From assembly GCA_034439475.1 (NCBI GenBank), contig JAWXAN010000035.1:5908-69907 (forward strand): a DNA stretch of 64,000 nt, read 5' to 3'. Positions 56,490 through 64,000 of this stretch are shown piece by piece. Below the pieces are notes generated by a model, which saw nothing but the letters and a program-made list of their open reading frames with translations, was not told the DNA's origin and did no database searches. The stretch's first letter is position 1; every line of letters begins with the position of its first letter. The translations under genes and the position numbers were made by a program. This DNA comes from Candidatus Zixiibacteriota bacterium (GTDB lineage Bacteria > Zixibacteria > MSB-5A5 > GN15 > FEB-12).

Positions 56490-56747
56490 GTAGATCATAC
56501 CTTCTTAGGTCTCGACATCTTCTCTTCATCTTGTAGCACGAGTCATTCTTATGCCCCGCGAGTCTTTATTCCTGAAGAATACGCCCTCGCCCGACATTAT
56601 GATTGAACTGTCAGGCGAGGGCTTTCAAGTCCGCCGAAGGAGGGCGCCTGACAGCACTGATAACCTTAACTGAGGTTGCTTCGCCTGCCCGCCGTGGAGG
56701 GTCACTTCGTTCCTCGAAACGACTCACCCTTTGGTGACCTGCAATAC

Positions 56748-57647
56748 CTAATCTATCAACTCTTTGACGAACGGCGGGAGAGCGAAAGCGGCTTTGTGAA
56801 TTTCTGCGTTATAGTAGCGCGTTTTCAAGGATGACTCCAGTTTGTCATAGCGCTTCTGGTCAAATTGCGACGGCGGGTCATATTTTTTGCTGCAGAAGGC
56901 AAATGACCAATAGGCCGAAGGATAAATCGGCATGAAGGCGGTGTACATCTTCACAATCGGGAAGATGTCTTTGAGGTTTTCATACATCGGCCGTATCGCC
57001 GCCTTGTGATAAAACGGCGACTCAGACTGGGCAATCATGATGCCGTTATCGGTCAGCGTGTCATACACTTTCTGATGGAACGGCTTCTGGAACAGATCTG
57101 CCGCCGGGCCGATCGGATCAGAAAGGTCGAGAGTTATCAACTCAAACTTCTCTTTTGTGTTCTCGATAAAATGTTTCCCATCGGCAAAGATAACGTTGGC
57201 GCGAGGGTCATCCAGGCCAGTCGTCAGATGCGGCAGATGCCGCTGGGAGACTTCGACCACCATTTTATCTATCTCGCACATTGTGCACTTTTCGACTACC
57301 GGATGTTTGAGCACTTCGGTCAGCGCGCCGCAGTCGCCGCCGCCTATAATGAGAACATTGCGTGGATTCGGATGCGTAAAAAGCGGAACATGGGTAATCA
57401 TCTCGTTATAGGCGTTGTTGTCATTGTCGCATGCCATGAGCGAGCCATAGAGAACAAGTATTTTTCCGAAGAACTTGTTCTCAAGGACATCGATCCGCTG
57501 AAAATCGGATTGTGTTGATTCCAAAACCCGATCGACTTTAACTGTCAGGCCTGCGCAATGCTCGTGAAGCTCTGAATACCAGACATTCCAGAGGTCTTCC
57601 ATTCCGGCGACAGAGACTCCGCGCTCGGCGGTCTTTTGCTCGTGCAT
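56748..57647 (-). CDS. speE: spermidine synthase
   Basis: Start at the ATG at 57647. The longer ORF overlaps the upstream gene. Motifs are SDFQRIDV, VLIIGGGDGG-like IIGGGDCGA and DLSDPIGPA. Confidence 0.9.
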   Translation of the reverse strand: MHEQKTAERGVSVAGMEDLWNVWYSELHEHCAGLTVKVDRVLESTQSDFQRIDVLENKFFGKILVLYGSLMACDNDNNAYNEMITHVPLFTHPNPRNVLIIGGGDCGALTEVLKHPVVEKCTMCEIDKMVVEVSQRHLPHLTTGLDDPRANVIFADGKHFIENTKEKFELITLDLSDPIGPAADLFQKPFHQKVYDTLTDNGIMIAQSESPFYHKAAIRPMYENLKDIFPIVKMYTAFMPIYPSAYWSFAFCSKKYDPPSQFDQKRYDKLESSLKTRYYNAEIHKAAFALPPFVKELID

Positions 57648-57681
57648 TTTCTCTTTCTTTTCCTTCTCGTCTATAACGCGC

Positions 57682-58851
57682 TTAGTCAACGACCCGGTAT
57701 TCGGGGCGTTTGAGCGAGTTGAAATTAGAACCGGAGACCGAACAGTACGCGCCTGTACAGGGGAACACAAACAGGTCGCCTATCTGCTGTTCGGGAATCA
57801 TCAGCCCGTCGTACATTACATCGAACGAATCGCAGGTCGGACCCGAGAGGACAGAAAGCTTCCCTTCTCCCTGACGGTCTGTCACGACTGGATACTGGCA
57901 ATGGTCATAGAGGATGCCTGAAAATGTGGAGTAAAGTCCGTCATCGAGGAAATACCACATTTTGCCATCGCGAAACGATTTGCCAATAATCGAGCAGACC
58001 AAAGTCACAGGACTCGCGGAAATAAATCTGCCCGGCTCGCTGATAAGTTTTACACCTGGACGGATTTTTTTATCCAAGGCCTTGCGGATAGGAGCGCAGA
58101 AATCCTCAGTCGAAGGAATCGGCTCGACATACTGCACCGGGAAGCCGCCGCCGATATCCAATACCCGTGTATTAAATCCGGCAGTATCGAGTTTGCCAAT
58201 CAATGCCTTTGAGGCATCGATTGCTTTGAGGTAGTTCTCCGACCAGAGGCACTGCGAGCCAATATGGAAAGAGAGGCCGTAGAACTCGTGGCCGGCATCT
58301 TCGATTTGTTTGGCCAGCGGAAGAACTTCGTCGACCAGACAGCCAAACTTGAGCTGCAGATTGACCACAGCGGTATTGTTGGTGGCGATTCGAAAGCGAA
58401 TCATCACTTTGAGTTTCTTATTCGTATAGCGGCGAAATTTTTTCACCTCTTCTTCGTTATCCACAACAAAGACTTCTACTCCGCGGTCAATAGCGCCGTC
58501 GAATTCGGCGACACTTTTCACCGGATGGGTATGAATAAGCTCATTGGCTTTGGCGCCGATTTTGAGAACATCGTCGATTTCACCAAGCGAGCAGATATCA
58601 AAATGTCCGCCCCGTTTGTAAATCTCCGCGAGAATCACCGGATGGTTGTTGGATTTCACCGCATAGTGAATCCCCACTCGCGGGAGAGCCGCTTTAAGCG
58701 AGTCGTAGTTCCGGCCAATCTCGGAGCGGGACAGTAACAGTGTCGGCGTCTCCAGGCCTTTATTTGCGAAATACTCTCGGATAAGAGCAGTGTCTATTCC
58801 TCGAAAAACAGGTGTTTCTTCGATGGTCGAGAAATGTAATGAGTGAGTCAT
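57682..58851 (-). CDS. alanine-racemase-fold PLP-dependent decarboxylase (ornithine/lysine/arginine decarboxylase type)
   Basis: 389 aa with the HYAVKSN PLP-lysine motif, GGGFP and a C-terminal CDS/GAY motif. Its position between speD and speE suggests diamine production, but substrate specificity cannot be resolved. Confidence 0.8.
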   Translation of the reverse strand: MTHSLHFSTIEETPVFRGIDTALIREYFANKGLETPTLLLSRSEIGRNYDSLKAALPRVGIHYAVKSNNHPVILAEIYKRGGHFDICSLGEIDDVLKIGAKANELIHTHPVKSVAEFDGAIDRGVEVFVVDNEEEVKKFRRYTNKKLKVMIRFRIATNNTAVVNLQLKFGCLVDEVLPLAKQIEDAGHEFYGLSFHIGSQCLWSENYLKAIDASKALIGKLDTAGFNTRVLDIGGGFPVQYVEPIPSTEDFCAPIRKALDKKIRPGVKLISEPGRFISASPVTLVCSIIGKSFRDGKMWYFLDDGLYSTFSGILYDHCQYPVVTDRQGEGKLSVLSGPTCDSFDVMYDGLMIPEQQIGDLFVFPCTGAYCSVSGSNFNSLKRPEYRVVD

Positions 58852-58867
58852 TATCGTCTCCCTTCAG

Positions 58868-59275
58868 TTAGCTTACGGCCGTCTTGGTTAAAAGAACCGG
58901 TTTGTGATTGATTACCTCGTCAAACTCGGACGGGATGCCCCGTTTGAGGTCGGTGACAGTCACATTCCCGGCTTTGAGGGCTGACCGCATATATTCAAAT
59001 GCTTTATATGGGTCGACCGACTCGCCGCAGGTGAAAAAATCAACAGCGGCATAACCATATTCAGGCCATGAGTGGATGGACAAGTGAGATTCGGCGATAA
59101 CCACCACGCCGGACACACCATGAGGATTGTAGCGATGAAAAACCGACCGGACAATGGTCGCTCCAGATCGGCGAACGGCCTCGTTCATGAACTCCTCAAG
59201 TGCGGGCGAATCATCAAGAATCTCGCGGTCGCAGTCGACAAATTCGACAATCAAGTGTCGTCCAAGAATTTTCAT
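58868..59275 (-). CDS. speD: S-adenosylmethionine decarboxylase proenzyme (SpeH/SpeD type)
   Basis: MKILGRHLIVEF... with the self-processing site ESHLSIHSWPE. The start at 59275 matches the family N-terminus. The ORF track extends it to a GTG at 59299. Confidence 0.92.
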   Translation of the reverse strand: MKILGRHLIVEFVDCDREILDDSPALEEFMNEAVRRSGATIVRSVFHRYNPHGVSGVVVIAESHLSIHSWPEYGYAAVDFFTCGESVDPYKAFEYMRSALKAGNVTVTDLKRGIPSEFDEVINHKPVLLTKTAVS

Positions 59276-59315
59276 TTCCCATTCCCTTTCGCGGTTCACG
59301 GGTTGTTACGGTTCA

Positions 59316-59858
59316 CTACATACGCGGCGGAGTCGTTACCCACAGTAACTGAGCCGTCGCGCTGCTCTTATTCATTATCTGGTGAGCCCTGTCGGACTCA
59401 AAGTAAAAGCAATGTTTCCTGGGGACCTCAAAGCGGGTGTTGTCAAATCTCAAAGTTATCGTTCCTTTGAGGACATACCCGAACTGTTCTCCCGGTCCAG
59501 GCCCCTGTTTGTCGAGCTTTTCGCCGGGGGCCAGTTCAAGCAAAATGGGGTCCATGATGTTGTTGGTGGAACTTGGCACCAACAACTCAAATTTCGCCGC
59601 TCCTTTGTCTTCGATGGAGACGCGCTCGGAGGGTGAGAAAACGGTCTGGGTTTCGGCCTTATCACCGAAAAAGTCCGAGAAGGAAATCCCGAGCGCTTCA
59701 AGGATGTCTGCAAGCGAGTCAACCGAAATCGAGGTTTGATCATTTTCAAACTGCGATATAAACCCCTTGGTCAGCTTGGAGCGATCGGCTAACTCTTCCT
59801 GAGTCAAATCCGATGCAAGCCGCAAAGCCTTTATTTTCGGACCAAGCTGTAATTCCAA
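59316..59858 (-). CDS. XRE-family HTH transcriptional regulator with C-terminal cupin domain
   Basis: 180 aa with a TTG start and RBS AAGGAGAA. The HTH is LTQEELADRSKLTKGFISQFEN, followed by cupin beta-strands. It is the first gene of the polyamine operon. Confidence 0.85.
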   Translation of the reverse strand: MELQLGPKIKALRLASDLTQEELADRSKLTKGFISQFENDQTSISVDSLADILEALGISFSDFFGDKAETQTVFSPSERVSIEDKGAAKFELLVPSSTNNIMDPILLELAPGEKLDKQGPGPGEQFGYVLKGTITLRFDNTRFEVPRKHCFYFESDRAHQIMNKSSATAQLLWVTTPPRM

Positions 59859-59884
59859 TTCCGGCTACTTCTCCTTGCAAGTAA

Positions 59885-59918
59885 AGTTTAATAAACACTG
59901 CTTTATAGTTTAATAAAC
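59885..59918. promoter_or_regulatory. direct repeat AGTTTAATAAAC x2 (candidate operator)
   Basis: Exact 12-mers at 59885-59896 and 59907-59918, 22 bp start-to-start, 27-60 bp upstream of the XRE/cupin gene start. Confidence 0.5.
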
Positions 59919-60191
59919 GCGTCCAGTATACCCTGTTGTTCCTGAATGTCAAGAAATATTTTTCGGCTGTGGATAATTTTTTTAAGCCCTGATGGAGATA
60001 CATGGCAATACATATAGAGGACGAAACCAATTGAGGCGTATTTTCAACCCAAAGTCGCAGTCGCCGACCAAAAAATCTGGTTTCGATATGTCCGCTATAA
60101 ATTGTTGACAATCACAGGTCAGGTTTATAAACTTTCCTGACGAAGAGAATTTTTGAGGTCTCTGTAATTATAATTACCTAAAGGAGGTATC

Positions 60192-60740
60192 GTGAGAAAG
60201 CCCATATTAATCATCAGCGCTCTGCTGCTCATGGCTTCGTCGACGACGGCCGTGCTGCCGAAATTCGGCATAGGCGTCTTCGGCGGGCTAAACATTCCTG
60301 TCGTCCAGCAAGATCAAGGAAACGGGACTTTGTTCGGCGTTCGCGGCAGATTGAAAGTTCTGCCCTTCGCGGTCTTTGAACCCAATGCGACATTCGGAAA
60401 ATTTGGGGACCCAGATGACATCGAAGGTATAGACCTCGGAAATGGATCTGATTTTAATTCGTTCGGTCTCGATGTTACCCTCGGCGGTCTGCCGGGCGTT
60501 GTCGCCTTCAAACCTTTTCTGGTCGTCGGCATTGGCTCGTATACAACCAAGAACGATATGACCAAAGTCGACAACTCAGATGTCGGATACTCGGTTGGAT
60601 TAGGGGTCGGACTCGGGTTCTCGCCGAAATTTGATATCGATGTCCGCGGCAAGGCGATCATCATTCCCATAGATGAAGGCGGATCGAAGAAAACTATCAA
60701 CGCCACTGTTGGCCTAACATATAACATTGGCGCCCTTTAA
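60192..60740 (+). CDS. outer-membrane beta-barrel protein (OmpW/porin-like small barrel)
   Basis: 182 aa with a GTG start after AAAGGAGG, a signal peptide, alternating beta-strand pattern and C-terminal ...GLTYNIGAL. Confidence 0.65.
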   Translation: MRKPILIISALLLMASSTTAVLPKFGIGVFGGLNIPVVQQDQGNGTLFGVRGRLKVLPFAVFEPNATFGKFGDPDDIEGIDLGNGSDFNSFGLDVTLGGLPGVVAFKPFLVVGIGSYTTKNDMTKVDNSDVGYSVGLGVGLGFSPKFDIDVRGKAIIIPIDEGGSKKTINATVGLTYNIGAL

Positions 60741-60749
60741 GAGGAGGAG

Positions 60750-61283
60750 ATGCACGTGAAGTACATAAAAAATAAGATTGGCGTGCTCGGACTGATTCTT
60801 GCCGGGCTTATCGCCGCAGGATGTCTGGTCTCGGGTACATTTGTTGTGGTCGAAGATTTTAATTTTACAACGGAGGAGGGCTTTTATCGTTATCCCGTTG
60901 ATATTACTGATAATGCCGATTGGAAAGAGCACAAAGACAAGATCGATCAGATCGATGCTGTCGGCGCCGAGTTCAATATCACCAACAATCAAGGGGGGCC
61001 GGTGACTTTTAAGGTCTGGGTTGACGATTTCGGCGCCAACCATGCCTCCGTCGGCGCAGTCGAGGCGAATGCCACGCAGATACTGGAATTGACTGTTCCG
61101 GCAGGTAAAAGCAAAGTCACGTATGTTCAATCGCTTAACGCAATTATGAATATAGGTGAGTTGAAGCGGCTCGCGAAATTTGGCCAGTTTGATTATTACG
61201 GCACAAGCACGGGCAATAACCCGACAGCCTTTGTAGTCGACTCCGGAAAAGTGATTGTGACTTTCAGCGCAAGCGGGCTCTAG
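60750..61283 (+). CDS. hypothetical lipoprotein
   Basis: 177 aa with RBS GAGGAGGAG and lipobox LIAAG-C. I recognise no domain. Confidence 0.6.
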   Translation: MHVKYIKNKIGVLGLILAGLIAAGCLVSGTFVVVEDFNFTTEEGFYRYPVDITDNADWKEHKDKIDQIDAVGAEFNITNNQGGPVTFKVWVDDFGANHASVGAVEANATQILELTVPAGKSKVTYVQSLNAIMNIGELKRLAKFGQFDYYGTSTGNNPTAFVVDSGKVIVTFSASGL

Positions 61284-61313
61284 ATCGTATTCCCTTTTGT
61301 GACAGATAGAACT

Positions 61314-61338
61314 CCGCTTCAGCAAGCGGGTTTTTTTT
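61314..61338 (+). terminator. Rho-independent terminator
   Basis: CCGCTT-cagc-AAGCGG followed by G and T8, 31 nt after the stop at 61283. Confidence 0.75.
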
Positions 61339-61503
61339 ATTGTCGATTTAGTGGCTGGCGTACGTCCCATCACGCCTGCCCGCACCGCCACAGTGGGCCG
61401 GCGTTGGGGAACAGACTGTGCGTCACGTACCGGAGTGCCTTACGACAATGAAGGGAATACCTTACCGACCCTTTTGGCCCCCGGCATGTTTCGATATTAC
61501 GTA

Positions 61504-61872
61504 CTACTCGAAAGCGCGAGGCTCTTCGTATAGATTAAATATGAATCCAAACGGATCTACCAGATAACAACAGCCCCCCTTACCTTCCCACCTAACTTCC
61601 CGGCATCCGTACTCTGTCAATTCGACACGCGCCTCTTCAAGGTCTGGCACAAGAAACTCCATGATAACATTTCGCGATGGACGGTTATCGATAAAGAGGC
61701 GGGTCGGATGGGCATTAAATTCGGCGCTCTCGGGATGTTGGTGAACCAAGGGCAAACCGAGCACATCCCTGTAAAATGTTATCATAGCCTCAGAATCCGG
61801 CGATTCAAGGCACAGACAGCGGCTAAATTTATACGGCATCGTGAAACGTTCCTTCCAGATCGTTGGTATCAT
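61504..61872 (-). CDS. VOC family (glyoxalase/bleomycin-resistance fold) protein
   Basis: 122 aa with the ITFYRDVLGL motif and a betaalphabetabetabeta layout. The start may be the internal Met (MPYKF). Confidence 0.65.
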   Translation of the reverse strand: MIPTIWKERFTMPYKFSRCLCLESPDSEAMITFYRDVLGLPLVHQHPESAEFNAHPTRLFIDNRPSRNVIMEFLVPDLEEARVELTEYGCREVRWEGKGGCCYLVDPFGFIFNLYEEPRAFE

Positions 61873-62052
61873 TTATAGTGCAGAATTGCCTGCTAATGTC
61901 GAAACTAAGGGCTCATGAGCAAAGCTGTCAAGTGTTAGAATTGAGCTAAAGTAAATGGCCGTGGTTGGTTAAAAAAATAGTTCATTGAGGTTGACAAGAC
62001 GCACTTCCGTGAGCATTTTTCTTGTCTAAACAGACCTAAAGGAGGAGATAGA

Positions 62053-62712
62053 ATGAAACGAACAATTATTATTGTTTTATGCGCGGCTTTTGCCCTCAGC
62101 AATGTCAGTTGCGGCTGGAGCAAAAAAGCCAAAGGGGCGGCAATCGGAGCCACATCCGGAGCCGTAATCGGCGGCGTCATCGGAAATAAAGCGGGCAATA
62201 CCGCTGTCGGCGCTATTATCGGCGCGGCCATCGGCGGAGCGGCCGGGGCGTATATCGGAAATTATATGGACAATCAGGCCGAAGAAATGCGCCGCGATCT
62301 CGAAGGCGCAACCGTCACACGTGTCGGCGAAGGTATCAAAATCACATTTGCCTCGGGAATCTTATTCGATGTCGACAAATGGAGTTTGCAGCCTGCTGGG
62401 GTCGAAAATATCGCACACTTGGCGGCCATTCTTAATAAATATCCTGACACTGAAGTTTTAGTTGAAGGACATACCGATTCCGATGGCTCCGAAGAGCACA
62501 ATTTGGATCTCTCGCAGAACCGCGCCAACTCTGCAAAGAATTCGCTTGTGAGTAACGGCGTCTCGCCGGGACGTTTGACAACAATGGCGTATGGCGAAGT
62601 TCAACCCATAGCGGACAATGTGAGTGATGAAGGCAAGCAAGCGAACCGCCGTGTGGAAATCGCTGTCTTTGCCAATGATAAGTTAAAGAAGGCGGCTCAA
62701 GCCGGAGGATGA
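62053..62712 (+). CDS. OmpA-family lipoprotein with glycine-zipper segment
   Basis: 219 aa with lipobox LSNVS-C-G, a Gly-zipper GAAIGATSGAVIGGVIGNKAGNTAVGAIIGAAIGGAAGAYIG and an OmpA_C domain (GHTDSDGSEEHNLDLSQNRA...NRRVEI). Confidence 0.88.
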   Translation: MKRTIIIVLCAAFALSNVSCGWSKKAKGAAIGATSGAVIGGVIGNKAGNTAVGAIIGAAIGGAAGAYIGNYMDNQAEEMRRDLEGATVTRVGEGIKITFASGILFDVDKWSLQPAGVENIAHLAAILNKYPDTEVLVEGHTDSDGSEEHNLDLSQNRANSAKNSLVSNGVSPGRLTTMAYGEVQPIADNVSDEGKQANRRVEIAVFANDKLKKAAQAGG

Positions 62713-62767
62713 TTTCTTTTTTGAAGATAAAAAGAGATTTTTGAATGACAATATTTTAATCAGATCG

Positions 62768-62798
62768 GGCGGGAGAGTTTTTCTTCCGCCTTTTTTTT
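62768..62798 (+). terminator. Rho-independent terminator
   Basis: GGCGGGAG-agttttt-CTTCCGCC followed by T8. Confidence 0.7.
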
Positions 62799-62875
62799 GT
62801 TCTTTTTGTGGATGTCGCGGCGGGTCTTGGTCACTTCGAGCGAACAGCGAGGAGTGAGTGTGACCTGACGGTCAC

Positions 62876-63009
62876 ATAATTGGCGGGTTCGCGGACGGAC
62901 CCGCCCTACTTTGGTCAAGACTCGCGGGGCTGGCGCGATCATATAATCGGCGGGTTCGCAGACCCGCCACAGCGGGCAGGCTTCCTCGCCCTACTTAGGA
63001 CAAGACTCG
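62876..63009 (+). repeat. local duplicated unit ATAAT(T/C)GGCGGGTTCGC...CCCGCC...CTACTT(T/A)GG(T/A)CAAGACTCG
   Basis: Unit 1 is 62876-62924 and unit 2 is 62943-63009. Unit 2 carries an inserted CACAGCGGGCAGGC module also found at 2581-2596, 8066-8080 and 16333-16348. The units are preceded by the palindrome GTGACC-TGAC-GGTCAC (62860-62875). Confidence 0.75.
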
Positions 63010-63032
63010 ATCCGCAGCAGCGGACACCTCCG

Positions 63033-64000
63033 CTATTCTTCTTCTTTTTCTTTCTTAGTCACAGTCGAGCGTTCCTGGACAAGCAGATATGCTTTCAATT
63101 GCTCCATCTGGGGATCCGAGAGGCGGTGTTTTGAATAAATTGTCTTATAAAATAGACCTTCGTCCAATGTGAAACAATCTTCGAAGCCGAACTCACGAAC
63201 CAATTGTGACAGTTCGGCAAATTGATCTCTGTCTTTGGATATCGAGACGAACTTCTCATCGAGACTTATGCGAACCTTTACTTCTCCACGTTCGCCAACC
63301 AACTTATCAAGCGATAGGTCCTTCGCGGCGCGGATCAAATCTACCTTGAGCGCCTCTTTCTCAGCTTCAGCTTCTTTCCAGGTTCTATGCGCATCAAGAT
63401 ATCTGTCGACCAATTCGGTGGCCGCCTGGGCTGTCGTTTTCTCCGCGGTTTCGGCGTTGCCGGCTTCGGCAGCCAACAGAGAGCTGTGGCGTTTGGCAGG
63501 GCAAAGGTGCTTGAAATCGCAGTAGTTGCACTGAAACCCTTCTTTTGTGGGAAATGTCTCGAGCCGTTCGGCGCGAACTGTATCAAGCACCAAGATCCGA
63601 AGCTGTTCGGCTATTTCCTCTATTTCGTCCGGGCGCATCTGATAACAAAACACTTGATTCGGTTTGAGGAAATATTGGCAGAGAACAATGGAGGTGAAAT
63701 CAGGATATTTTGACTGCACGGCCAGCTGATAGAGACCCATCTGCCACCGAAATGAGGGGTCGCTCGGCCCAAGCGGGAAATGGCTTCCGGTTTTATAATC
63801 GCAGATTTCAATAGTGCCATCTTCCCGTTTCCACAGTCTGTCGATTCGAGCTTTGAACTGGAATGGCGACTGAGGAAGCAGAAAAGAGATATTTAGTTCA
63901 GCGCCAAGCAATCGTCCCTGATTGAACGGTTTGTAGGTCTCGTAATATTCGGTCAGCATTCGCCGTCCTAGCGCGATATAGTCCTCGACCGTTCTGTTCT
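63033..64000 (-). CDS. PD-(D/E)XK nuclease with Cas4/AddB-type Cys cluster (partial; 5' end probably beyond the window)
   Basis: RecB-like core IDRLW...GTIEICDYKTG and C-x2-C-x5-C (CNYCDFKHLC), followed by a coiled, charged C-terminal tail. The reading frame stays open upstream of the first Met (63959) to the window edge. Confidence 0.65.
   Translation of the reverse strand, partial: NRTVEDYIALGRRMLTEYYETYKPFNQGRLLGAELNISFLLPQSPFQFKARIDRLWKREDGTIEICDYKTGSHFPLGPSDPSFRWQMGLYQLAVQSKYPDFTSIVLCQYFLKPNQVFCYQMRPDEIEEIAEQLRILVLDTVRAERLETFPTKEGFQCNYCDFKHLCPAKRHSSLLAAEAGNAETAEKTTAQAATELVDRYLDAHRTWKEAEAEKEALKVDLIRAAKDLSLDKLVGERGEVKVRISLDEKFVSISKDRDQFAELSQLVREFGFEDCFTLDEGLFYKTIYSKHRLSDPQMEQLKAYLLVQERSTVTKKEKEEE

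Overview
This 64-kb chromosomal window comes from a diderm bacterium. The lineage cannot be assigned from sequence alone. LptFG, OmpA-like and beta-barrel proteins, exosortase/EpsI, DUF5683 and a classical menaquinone pathway fit an uncultured FCB-type or candidate-phylum organism, but that is inference only. I can support about 57 protein-coding genes, 5 tRNA genes (Ser-CGA, Ser-GGA, Glu-UUC, Lys-UUU, Lys-CUU), one truncated IS481-type transposase remnant, and several intrinsic terminators and sigma70-like promoter candidates. The housekeeping blocks are: lptF-lptG; the ffh-rpsP-KH-rimM-trmD-rplS operon; a complete menaquinone cluster ubiE/menG-menF-D-H-B-A-C-E plus a convergent hotdog thioesterase; pepF; comEA-(PilM-like)-coaD-lysS-GNAT; an L,D-transpeptidase/DUF4398 envelope cluster; ettA; gmd-rmd (GDP-D-rhamnose) plus an NDP-sugar dehydrogenase; exosortase-EpsI-UbiA-type transferase; and a polyamine operon (XRE/cupin regulator-speD-decarboxylase-speE). 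Two things stand out. (1) Nearly every long intergenic region (about 14 regions, roughly 5 kb in total) is assembled from one shared library of short GC-rich hairpin or palindrome modules. These recur in both orientations and in shuffled order. At least one module shows compensatory stem changes, and one cassette family keeps conserved ends while its internal hairpin differs between copies. (2) A visibly low-G+C islet at 39.7-44.2 kb is bracketed by those repeats. It encodes a Swt1-like HEPN domain fused to a NACHT/STAND NTPase, currently split by a frameshift in a T5 run, and next to it a protein with an unknown N-terminal domain and a DUF559/Vsr-like PD-(D/E)XK domain. This is the best candidate for an uncharacterised defence-type system. 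Other points of interest are a c-di-GMP signalling set (a MshEN-REC-HD-REC-DUF4388 protein and a degenerate YD-GYP protein with a HEAT-repeat partner), an atypical tRNA-Ser(CGA) next to an orphan low-G+C nuclease gene, and a 12-bp direct-repeat operator candidate upstream of the polyamine operon. All domain calls come from reading motifs in the supplied translations. No database search was run.
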